Assembly (NCBI RefSeq): GCF_006345805.1
Contig: NC_043010.1
Coordinates: 25,978,001 to 26,042,000 of the forward strand
DNA: 64,000 bases
Reading direction: 5' to 3'
Source of the DNA: Octopus sinensis
Taxonomy: Eukaryota
A program made the position numbers and the translations under genes. Shown here piece by piece: positions 9,541 to 20,676 of this stretch; positions within the stretch are counted from its first letter, which is position 1, and each line of letters starts with the position of its first letter. The notes below the pieces were generated by a model. That model did no database searches. It had not been told where the DNA came from and worked only from the letters and a program-made list of their open reading frames with translations.

Positions 9541-12324
9541 TCACTGGTCTTGCCGGGTCTTCTCACGCACAGCATACTTCCATAGGTCTCGGTCTCTGGT
9601 CATTTCCTTGGTGAGACCTAGAGTTCGAAGGTCGTGCTTCACCACCTCGACCCAGGTTTTCCTGGGTCTACCTCTTCCACAGGTCCCCTCAACTGCCAGG
9701 GTGTGGCACTTTTTCACACACCTATCTTCATCCATTCTCACCACATGACCATACCAGCGCAATCGTCTCTCTTGCACACAACATCTGATTCCTCTTAGGT
9801 CCAACTTTTCTCTCAAGGTACTTACACTCTGTCGACTATGAACACTGACATTACACATCCAACGGAGCATACTGGCTTCGTTTCTCGCGAGCTTACGCAT
9901 GTCCTCAGCAGTCACGGCCCATGTTTCACTGCCATGTAGCATGGCTGTTCGTACACATGCATCATACAGTCTGCCTTTTACTCTGAGCGAGAGGCCTTTA
10001 GTCACCAACAGAGGTAAGAGCTCCCTAAACTTTGCCCAGGCTATTCTTACTCTAGCCGTTACACTTTCAGCACACCCACCCCCACTACTGACTTGGTCAC
10101 CAAGATAACGGAAGCTATCAACTACTTCTAGTTTTTCCCCCTGGAAAGTGACGGAAGTTGTTTTCTGTAGATTTTCAGAGGTTAATCTGCCACATACAAA
10201 AACCATCTTCCTAGTTAGCCTTCCTATGACATTACTGCACCTCTTATGTGTCCATAGCTTACACTTGGTGCATCTTATAGAGTTTCTACCTACACCTTTT
10301 CTACAGATCGAGCAGGGCCATCAACCTGAAGGCGTTTGTGATTTGTCTACCTTCCTACTTATTAGGACTTTGGTTTTAGCTAGGTTGACTCTAAGGTCCT
10401 TCGATTCTAAACCATGCTTCCACACCTGAAACTTCTTCTCCAGTTCTGATAATGACTCAGCAATTAGAGCAAGGTCATCAGCATAGAGGAGCTCCCAGGG
10501 GCATCCTGTCTTGAATTCCTCTGTTATTGCCTGGAGGACTATGATAAATAGGAGGGGGCTGAGGACTGAGCCTTGGTGGACCCCTACCTCTACCCGGAAT
10601 TCTTCACTGTACTCATTTACAACCCTCACCTTACTAGCAGCGTCCCTGTACATGGCTTGCACAGCTCTCACTAACCATTCATCTATTCCTAGTTTCCTCA
10701 TTGACCACCATATGAGGGATCGGGGGACCCTGTCGAAGGCTTTCTCCATGTCAACAAAAGCCAGGTACAGGGGCTTATCTTTGGCTAGGTATTTCTCCTG
10801 CAGCTGCCTTACCAGGAATATAGCATCAGTGGTACTTTTCCCTGGCACGAAACCAAACTGCATCTCATCTAAACTAACTCTCTCTCTAATTAGTTGGCTT
10901 ATGACCCTCTCTGTAACCTTCATCACCTGATCCAACAGCTTGATACCTCTGTAATTATTTGTATCTAGGGCATCACCTTTACCTTTGTAGCAGTTGACTA
11001 TTATGCTGCTACACCAGTCATTGGGTATGACTCCTTCATGTATCACCTGATTAACTATACAGGTGACTAGGCTATAGCCGACACTACCAGATATTTTGAG
11101 CATCCCTGCAGTGATACCTGATGGGCCTGGGGCTTTCCCTGTCTTCATGCTTCTAATTGCCTTAGCTACTAAGGAACTATCAACCCTGATAGCTGGTCCC
11201 TCTGTTGGGTCAACGTTCGGCAGACTCTCTTTATCCCATTCATTTTCTTTATTCAGCAACCTTTCATAGTGGCGTCTCCAAGCCTCTCTCTTTGCATCCT
11301 CGTTTAGCGCAAGTGAACCATCTTCCATGCGAACACACTTCTCTCCCACCACATCACAATTCTCTCTCACACACTGTCTTGCAACGCGAAACACCTCCAG
11401 TCTTTGGTCCTCACGGCGCAGAACATTGGCAAATTTTTTCTTATCTGCTTCCCCTCTGGCTAGATAGACCTGTCTCCTAGCTTCCCTTTTAGCAGTCTGA
11501 TACAATTCCCTGCTACCACCATTCTTCCAGTGCTTCCAAGTCTGTCTCTTTTCTCTAATAGCCCTGTCTACGACACTGTTCCACCACCACGTTACCTTGG
11601 GACGAGAGGGGACTTTGCACCAGCCACAGATCTGGTCAGTGGCTCTCAGCAGGTTGTCCCTTAGAAACGTCCAGTTGTCCTCTACCCCATGTGATACTCT
11701 ATCCCCTTCTACTTCGTCAAAGGCTTCAAGTAACATGTCTCTAAATCTCTGTCCATTCACAGGATCCTTAAGCTTCCAGATCCTTCTTCTCCATGTTGGT
11801 CGTCTTCTGGTTGTCCTCCTACTCCTGATCCTAAAGTCACTAACTACCAGTCTATGTTGTGGGGTGCATTCTTCGCCTGGGAAGGTTTTGGCATTTATAA
11901 GTAGCCATCTCTCCCTTTGCCTGGCAAGGATGTAGTCAATTTGGCTGGTATGTTGGCCCGATCGGTAGGTGACTAGGTGGCTGGTAGGTTTCCTGAAGTT
12001 AGTGTTGCAAATCATAAGATTATTTGCATCGCAGAACTCCAGCAGCCTGGTTCCCTCCTCGTTGCGGGAACCAGAGCCATAGCCTCCATGTACGCCGTGG
12101 AAGCCCCCAGCATGTCGTCCAACGTGACCATTGAAGTCACCAGCCACAAAGAGAAGGTCTCTGTCGTTCGTCAACGAGGTAGTCTGCAGTAGAGTGTCAT
12201 AGAATCGGTCTTTCTGTCCATCAGGTAGCCCCGACTGAGGAGCATAGGCTGATATAATGGTTGCTAAACTATGATGAAGCGCTAATCTAATCTTAAGTAT
12301 TCTGTCGCATACTCTGATTACCAT
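9541..12324 (-). pseudogene. RTE ORF2 (APE-RT with PHD-like finger), one nonsense codon at 10321-10323
   Basis: ORFs 10321-12324 and 9541-10206 are in the same frame; sister copies at about 26277 and 28134 have AGA where this copy has TGA. Confidence 0.88.
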
Positions 12325-12500
12325 ATATATATAAATAGTACAAAGTAAGATAGGGGTTATGGGTGTAACCCACTATGGGATATCATTTATCCAATATACT
12401 GCTGGTAAAGTACCCAAATTCTTAATACATAAATGTTTTTAATTGCAATGCAATTAATTCATTTATTGTATATGCATAATAGTGTATATATGTTCTAATG

Positions 12501-12842
12501 TATTTAGAAGATTATTGGTTATGGCCAGTCAGATTGTGAGCATTGTTTTCACACTTATAAAGTGCTTAGCTGTATAGGTGACTCATCAAACTCAAATGGC
12601 CGGATACACGTAACCTCTCCACAACTGGAGGGAAAAGCACATCATGGTCAGTTAATTTTTAAATAAAAAATTCTGGGATGAAACTCTACTGGGTGTAGCA
12701 GAGTCATTCCACTTAGATCAGTTCCTATTCTGTCCATGACGCCAGCCAAAGACGTCTGAAGGTGGTAACATTTCTCTAGTTGACAAATGGGGAATTCTAT
12801 GTTTCCAAAAGGAATTTCTTCTGAAGAGGACACTGACTAAAT
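12501..12842. repeat. Second copy of the 6392-6729 segment
   Basis: Direct alignment by eye. Confidence 0.9.
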
Positions 12843-13339
12843 ACGGGTGAAGGTAAAGAAATATTTTTACTGTAAATTTACAATACAAATAAGAAAATGG
12901 AGAAACAAATTTTGTTTGTTCATCAACTTACGGATATCACAATGTTGGATTATTTATTCATTTTACAAATGAGAACATCAAAAGCACATAAAAATATTAT
13001 ATAAATTAATAGATAATATAATAATACAAATACAGATTTTGAAAGTCATATTATAAATTAATGAAATCCTAAAAATTACTTCTTACAGCTGTTTCAGCTT
13101 ATGGTCAAAAGTGAATCAAATTTTCATTGCCTATAGATGTCAACATACTAAGGTTGTAGGCATTTAAAAAATATAATGCTTATATGTTAAAAGAACCATC
13201 AGAGGTTATAATTAACTTTAAAAATATTAATAATAATATTGATATACTAAACATGGTGCACGTATTACTTAATATATAAAAATAAACAATAAACAAATAT
13301 CCAAATACACACACACACATATATATATATATATACAAC

Positions 13340-15265
13340 GGTTAATATAGGGCGTAACAAATATCAGAAAAAAAAAAAATGTGTGTAATAGGTGTAAAAC
13401 AACTTCCTATGAACGAATATGAAAAAAAAAATTCGCGCACGCGAAAGGGGGGTGGGGGAGAGGCCTCGGAAAATTCACATCGGGAAGTTCCGAAAGCGTC
13501 TGAGGGGCTGACCCGGGCACCAAAACAAAAAAAAAATAGTGTAATATGTGTAAAACAACTTGCTCTAAACGAATATGAAAAAAAAATGCGCTCTCGAGAA
13601 AGAGGAGTGGGGGAGAGGCCTCGGAATATTTATATCGGGAATTTCCGAAAGCGTCTGAACCGGGCACAAAAACAAAAACAAAAACAGCGTAATAGGTGTA
13701 AAACAACTTGCTCTAAACGACTATCATGAAAAAAATGCGCGCTCGCGAAAGGGGGGTGGGGGAGAGGCTTCGGAAATTTCACATCTTCAGTCCACGGCCT
13801 TTAAACTAAGAAAAAATAGTGTAATTGGTGTAAAACTACTTGTTCTAAACGAGTATCAAGAACACACACTCACACATGAATCATAAACTCCGTATTTCGC
13901 AAAAAAAAAAATAAAGAGAAGAAATTCTGGAAAAAGTGAAGAAATGTTGGATCTCCGCCATGTGAATCAAAATACGTGTCAGAAACATCTTGAAATACTA
14001 CAGAAATTATGTTACGAAAATGATAATGTATACATACCTCTTTGAGTGGTCCATCGATAATGATGATAAAGAAATGAGTTGGATTTGAACTCAGAATATT
14101 GACTAACACAACTACATACTACAAGACTCAAAATATTCAGCCAAGTCACCACCCTTTAACTAGCAATAATAATAACATCAATAACATAACAGCCAAAAGA
14201 TTTATTTGTTCTGAAAATAACAATCATAGTAAATAAATATGTTCTTTAATATTCACATTCATGTGCACAGTTAAACACACTTACATACAAACAGTCACGC
14301 ATGCATAATACAGAACGGAACACATAAATGAAGGATGCATTACTTAGTATATATTACATCTAGAGAATTTTGATTAATAAGTCAAATATGCAAATTATAA
14401 AGATAATTAATTGCTTTACTAAACAGTGTTGTAAAGGTGAAAAAATAAATTTGGGAAAAAAATACACGCCAAAACTAATTAATAAAGGATAATTAGGGAA
14501 GGATTGACACAAAATAATAATTTTTTCTGTCTCTTTTTTCTGATAAATGCATCTTAATAAGTGAGAAGAATTGCATATATCTGAACTATTTCAAAGAAAA
14601 GCATAAATTTAATGTTTAAAATAGCTTTAACCAAGGAATGAGATCCAACATTTCTTCACTTTTTCCAGAATTTCTTCTCTTCTCTTTATTTTTTTTTTTT
14701 GCGAAATACGGAGTTTATGATTCATGTGTGAGTGTGTGTTCTTGATACTCGTTTAGAACAAGTAGTTTTACACCAATTACACTATTTTTTCTTAGTTTAA
14801 AGGCCGTGGACTGAAGATGTGAAATTTCCGAAGCCTCTCCCCCACCCCCCTTTCGCGAGCGCGCATTTTTTTCATGATAGTCGTTTAGAGCAAGTTGTTT
14901 TACACCTATTACGCTGTTTTTGTTTTTGTTTTTGTGCCCGGTTCAGACGCTTTCGGAAATTCCCGATATAAATATTCCGAGGCCTCTCCCCCACTCCTCT
15001 TTCTCGAGAGCGCATTTTTTTTTCATATTCGTTTAGAGCAAGTTGTTTTACACATATTACACTATTTTTTTTTTGTTTTGGTGCCCGGGTCAGCCCCTCA
15101 GACGCTTTCGGAACTTCCCGATGTGAATTTTCCGAGGCCTCTCCCCCACCCCCCTTTCGCGTGCGCGAATTTTTTTTTTCATATTCGTTCATAGGAAGTT
15201 GTTTTACACCTATTACACACATTTTTTTTTTGATTTTCTGATATTTGTTACGCCCTATATTAACC
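13340..15265. mobile_element. Foldback-type element: about 620-bp terminal inverted arms (13340-13955 and 14640-15265) with internal 130-155-bp subrepeats and a 684-bp spacer
   Basis: Arms are near-identical reverse complements and give identical ORFs on opposite strands; about 3.3 subrepeats per arm; no transposase ORF. Confidence 0.85.
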
Positions 15266-15383
15266 CATATAAAAGTACATACATATACATACATAAGCAA
15301 AGCGTACATACTATTCACATGCGCAAAATACATTAATGAACACAATTAAACAATATATTCCAGTGGATATACCATACGTCATA

Positions 15384-16175
15384 TCTCTCTATATATAAAC
15401 GGCAGTTTGTCTGTATGTGTGTCTGTCAGGTTGTACCCTCACCCTGACCACGGCTTTCAACCGATTCTGATGAAACTTGACACACACATAGCCCAATGTC
15501 ATAATTCAAAACTAACGCAGTGAAAATTTTGAAAAGTTCCCCCAGTTCTGAAACAAAATCGATAAATTCGACATGGGTCGAGAATCTAAGCTTTTTATAT
15601 GCAACACGTTTTCTATAGACTGTCTAGGGGACGCAACTCGACCTTTTTAACTCTCAGAACGCGTGGGGTAAGTATCCTAAAATGTATAAAAATGTACAAA
15701 AACGGCAAAAAAGCGGGCAGCAATGTGAGTGACAACGACGAAAAAGTCAAAAGTGACCAAACTGAACAAACGAATGGAAAAGGTTTTTTGGTGCACACGA
15801 CAAAAGCGGTTTATAATAAACCAAGAGTTTGCAAGTAGCGTCCGAGGACCCTTAGGGTACGTCAAAAATTTAAGGTAAAACGTTTGGGGTGGTAGTTATA
15901 AAGAAAGTGTAAACAAAAAAAGTTATTTGAATAACTTGCGGCTGCAGCAGCTATTAGTAGAAGTGGGGGGTAAAGTCTCAAATGTAATTTCTTCCAGGTA
16001 GGAATTGGTTGGGTTGAATTATCGATAGCTGTTTGATAGTTATTTGGGAGTGAAGAGAAGACATTGCAACCTACACATGCGCCTTCGTTCCCTAGAGGGA
16101 AAGGAGTAGAATGGGATTATTCGTTGCCTACCAGGGGCTCTTACATACCCGGGCAACGCTGGGCTATGCTGCTAG
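15384..16175 (+). mobile_element. Non-autonomous Helitron-type element
   Basis: A|TC start (TCTCTCTATATATAAA), GTCT/GT microsatellite, subterminal hairpin CCCGG-gcaacg-CTGGG at 16148-16163, CTAG|T end. Confidence 0.75.
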
Positions 16176-16489
16176 TACGTATATAAATACATTAGAACAT
16201 ATATACACTATTATGCTTATCAGTAACAACATTATTGTATTAACAATAATGTTATTGTATTTACAATAAACAGACATTTATAACTCCAATCATATTTTAT
16301 ACCATCGAAATGCATTTGTATTCACATACATAGCTACGCATACGTAAACAAATATACATACATTGCACACTGTAAACGTACATCCAATGAAATACATATA
16401 AATATACGTATACATCAATTCACATATACACAAGCATGCATCCATGTGAATGTACATACTCTCACATACCGTCAATAAATATATTGATC

Positions 16490-19428
16490 GTCTCACTCAG
16501 ATCGTATATAGATAGGGTATTTGTTAAGGAACGAGATATGAATAGCGTTAGCTGTCCACAATTTTCTGTTGTGCCTTACACGGATCACAAACTTGTGACG
16601 TGTGAGGTACATGTAGATAAATGCCATAGACAGGGTCTCGGGTACTGGAAAATGAACAGGTCTATTTTGACTTGTGAAGCTTTCCGTACCCGGATTAAAG
16701 AATTAGTCCAGAGGGCATTATGTGGCACCATCATTAATAATAGATGGTGGCTCGCCCTCAAAAGAGCCATCCGTTTGGAGTCCATTAGATTTAGCAAGCA
16801 GCTAAGTTTAGATAGGACTAGAATAGAGGGCGATTTAGTTAAGAACTTAGACGAGGCAATGGAATCTGGCTGTACATCCGGAGTGTTGGCAGCGAGAACG
16901 GTCTTGTACCATCACCTCAACGCCAAGCATGTGGGATGTAGAGCCAGAGCTAAGTTACGTGCAGGGAAACGAGAAGGTATTAATGTTGCCGGATGGGCCC
17001 GTCGTGAGGAGAGTCAGAAGGGCAAAAAGTCTTCTATTAAGTCTTTAACTGACGAGCAGGGTCGCAAGATCTATGGACAGGAGAAGATGCAGAAGGTCTT
17101 TCACCAGCATTTCGCCCGGTTGTTTGGGGATGGCGGTTCGCTCGAGCGAGGGGAGGCCTTAAAGGACTTCCTAGCCGGTGGGCCTCGGCTCTCGACACGT
17201 GAGGCGGAATGCTGTGAAGGATCGATCTCTCCCGCGGAGGTAAGAGAGGTTATGGCCTGTTGCGCCGGGGAAAGGTCGCCGGGGTTAGATGGTCTGCCCT
17301 ATGAGTTCTATTGTTGTATGCCGGACTTGTTCGGGGATATACTGGCGGGCGTCTATGCAAACTGGCAACAGAATGGGAGGATTCCCAGTTCTTTAAGCCG
17401 GGGAGTTGTGACGCTGGTCCAGAAAGACCCGAGCAAGGGGGATAGTATTAGTAATTATAGGCCCATAACTCTACTTAATGTAGAGTTTAAGATTTTGGCC
17501 AAGGTGTTAGCAAAAAGGTTGACGGCTGTCGTGGAGAAACTTGTGGGGAAGGCACAAACATATGCAATCCCAGGCAGGTTGGTCCAGGATAATCTTCACC
17601 TTCTCCGCTACACTATAGACATTAGCCGGCAAAGGAGGGGCATTGGTCCATTTAGACCAAAGTAAAGCGTTCGATAGGGTAGACCATCGGTACTTGGCGG
17701 CGGTCCTCGAGGCGGCTGGGCTGGGCCCTGGTTTTTGCGGGTGGATCTCAGCTATGTACAGCGGCATCAAGTCCACAGTCCAGATAAACGGTTACCTAAC
17801 GGAGCTGTTTTCAATCAAGCGTTCAGTTTGTCAAGGGTGTCCCTTGTCCCCGCTCCTGTATGTTTTGGCTCTTGAGCCATTGCTGCGGAAGTTGGAGAAG
17901 TTGGGAGGCAATCCTAATGAAATCGGATGCGGTAAGCCTGTTTCTGCCTATGCGGATGACGTCACCCTCATCGTGTCCAACGAAGCACAGCTACCACGTG
18001 TAGAAGGTGCTCTCCGAAGATACGAAGCGGTGGCAGGGGCAAAAGTTAACAAAGACAAGTCCACCGGTTTGCGCCTCGGCACCTGGAGGAACAAGCCGAT
18101 ATCGTCCAGTGTTGTTGGACACTGGACAGATGGTCCTGTTAAATTGCTCGGAGTTTGGTTTGGTTCAGACTCCCAGACGGAGAAGAATTGGAGCGAGGTA
18201 GCGAACAAGGTAGAAGCTATAGTACGGAAGTGGTCCGGAAGGCATCTTTCCTTGAAAGGGAGGGCGGAGGTGGTACAGGTGTTTATAGCCTCTGTCATCA
18301 CCTACCGCCTGACCGTCGTGCCTTGCCCCGATTCGTGGTTAAACAAGTTGGAACGACTCCTTTTCCGCTTTTTGTGGAGGGGAGGAAAGCCACTTGTGAG
18401 ACGCTCCGTGTGTTGCCAGGAACCGCTAAAGGGTGGGCTGGGGATGCCTTGGCTAATGATGCGCAGGCATGCGTTGAGGCTGAGACATCTCTGGTGTCAC
18501 CTGGAGAGTGATAAGGTGTGGAATCCGCTGGCAGAGGAATTCTTCCCGCGACCAGCCTCTATGGAGAGATTTAAAACCCGGTTTCATTAAAAGACGTAAC
18601 CTGACTTTATGGCAGAAGGAGTGCCGACAGGCACTCTGGCTGATCCACGAGGTGGGCAAGGCTGGCAGCGGGAATACCACCTCGGTGTTCTATAGAGGGC
18701 TGGTAGAGGCAAAAAATGACGACGTCCTAGGAGGGGCTCTGGGGTTCGACGAGAATCAACTCTCCAACCTGTTTAAGAAGACTTTCAGGCCGGGGTATTT
18801 GGACAATTACCAAAAATCCCTGACCTGGCAGTGCTATAGGAATGCATTACCTGTTCGCGATAAGTTATCCAGGTACGGAATGTCAGTGCCACCGACGTGT
18901 CCAAGATGTCGGTTGGACGATGAAACCGTTCAACACGCTTTTGTACAATGTCGGGAGCTGTCAAGCTTGATAAGTTACGTTGAACACGTGTTGTCGCATC
19001 TGGGACGAGCACAGCTGTCGGCTGGATCTATGATAAAGATGATACCGCCAACTGGACTCTCAAATGAAGATAAGGCTTGTTTTTACTGTACGGTGGCAGT
19101 ATTGAAAGAGTGTGTATGGAGAACCAGAATGGAAGGTTTAGTGACAGGGTCCTTTGTCTCTGGTCCCGGTTTGTTAAACTACTTCAGATATCATCTGAAG
19201 AGCAAGATGGGGTTGGAGAAGAGGAGCCTGCCACAGAAAGAATATGTGAAACGTTGGAAGGATGTGATGAGAAAGGTGGGTATTAGTAACCCAGCTTAAT
19301 CATCAAAGAAAGGAAAAATTAGTTGCTGGGCCTTATAGGCTGCCGGGTTCAAAATTCAGAACCTGCACTTCTCCCCCTTTTCATTTTAACATATGTTATG
19401 TTTTCTAATGTTATTAATAAAAAAAAAA
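16490..19428 (+). mobile_element. Tx1/L1-like LINE, 5'-truncated, ORF2 with frameshifts at about 17630 and 18590, poly(A) tail
   Basis: TDH..GYWKMN (EN end), SPGLDGLPYEFY, NYRPITLLN, LDQSKAFDRV, QGCPLSPLLY, AYADD, C-terminal CPRC..ETVQHAFVQC; A-tail 19419-19428. Confidence 0.88.
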
Positions 19429-19649
19429 CGCACTAAAGTTCTCGTTATAAAGGCAAAAGTAAGCCAATGATTCGTTTAAAGGCAAAAGTAAGCCAAGTTT
19501 TCGTTTGTGTCATATTATAACTAAATTTTTAAGTTTCATTCGAACTCTCATAACATTCTTTGTAATTGTTTGTCTTGTTATGTCCAAATCTATGTAAAAT
19601 CGTATGATTATAATAAAGATTTTATCTTCAGCTAGCAGGCCTTTGCTAC

Positions 19650-19695
19650 TCTAGACTGATGATGGGCAAGACCCAGAAACATGCATGTCTCTAGA
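19650..19695 (+). ncRNA. Type I hammerhead ribozyme
   Basis: TCTAGA-CTGATGA-TGGG/caaga/CCCA-GAAA-C-ATGCAT-GTC|TCTAGA; predicted cleavage after C19689. Confidence 0.8.
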
Positions 19696-20039
19696 TGCAG
19701 GCCTAGCTGTTGGGAGTGTTTGTCTCCCCTTCGTAAATATATAAGGACACAGGAAATGTGTCACGGCCAACAGGAAGAGTCGATGCTTCCTAGGGCTAAA
19801 TAGCGGTGGTGTAATTCTGTTACGGGACTGTCACGTTAAATTGACAGTATACAACCACTCTCTATATATATATTCTTTCAATTTCTGTTTCGCTTTCAAT
19901 CTATCTTTCATTTTATCTCTATAAAACTAATATTTAAAAATTCTTTTCATTTGTTTATTTTCCTGTAATTTAAGCTAACGACTGAATTAGAAATATAATC
20001 GTAATTAGTTTAGAATTATATATTTCTTTCATTTCCTCA

Positions 20040-20650
20040 CTCTCTTCTACCTCCTCTCTCCTCCCTTACATATATTCCCCACTTCCAGCTCCTTTCTCCC
20101 TTCCTTTATCTCTCTTTACGCTTACCCTTTCCCTCTCTCTTGCATATCTTACTCTTTTTCTCATCTCTCTCCCTCCCTTTCATATCCTCCTCTTCTCTCA
20201 TTTCTCTTTCCTTTCCATCTCACATCTACCTCTCCTCTCGTCACCTCACCCTCTCTCTCATATACTTCTCATTCGCCCATTCTTCTCACTCCGTCTCTCC
20301 CTCTCTCTCACATCCTTCATCTTGTCTCTCCTTCACTGTCTCTCTATCTCTTGCTATCCTCTCCCTCCCTCTGTTTCTCTTTCTCTTCCCCTCCTCTCCT
20401 TCACTCTGCCTCTCTTTCTCTTCCCGTCTTCTCCTTCACTCTGTCTCTCCTTCTATTCCCCTCCTCTCCCCCTCCCCTCCCCTATCTCTTTAACACACCA
20501 CACCCCCTTGCTTTCCTCCTATCACCCTCTCGATTTCTTTCATAGCACCTCTCTCTTTCCTTCATATCTCCCTCTCTCTTTCCCTATTTCCCCCCTCTGT
20601 GTTTCTCTGTCACTACCTGTTTCTATGCTTCATTAGCTCTCTAGCCTCTA
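20040..20650. repeat. CT-rich low-complexity tract, possibly the CR1 5' UTR
   Basis: About 600 bp of degenerate (CT)n directly upstream of the CR1-type ORF1 remnant. Confidence 0.75.
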
Positions 20651-20676
20651 CTCCCCCTCTGGACTTCAAAACGAAG

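Larger units (their letters stand above)
8838..12324 (-). mobile_element. RTE-clade LINE, 5'-truncated within the endonuclease, complete 3' UTR and (TGA)n tail
   Basis: APE motifs (SAYAP, GDFNGHVG), RT motifs (QGSVLSPLLF, LYADD), RTE C-terminus (RLRWYGHV..RGRPRKTW), tail (TGA)n at 8838-8853. Confidence 0.93.

Noticed and set aside
13075-13125. Possible sixth hammerhead (minus strand GAAACAGCTGTA)
   Set aside because: The palindrome and NUH fit, but the core reads TTGACCA and stems I and II do not pair convincingly
13379-15345. Paired 116/157-aa and 99-aa ORFs in the foldback arms
   Set aside because: Identical only because of the inverted repeat; Lys runs come from A-tracts; no transposase motifs
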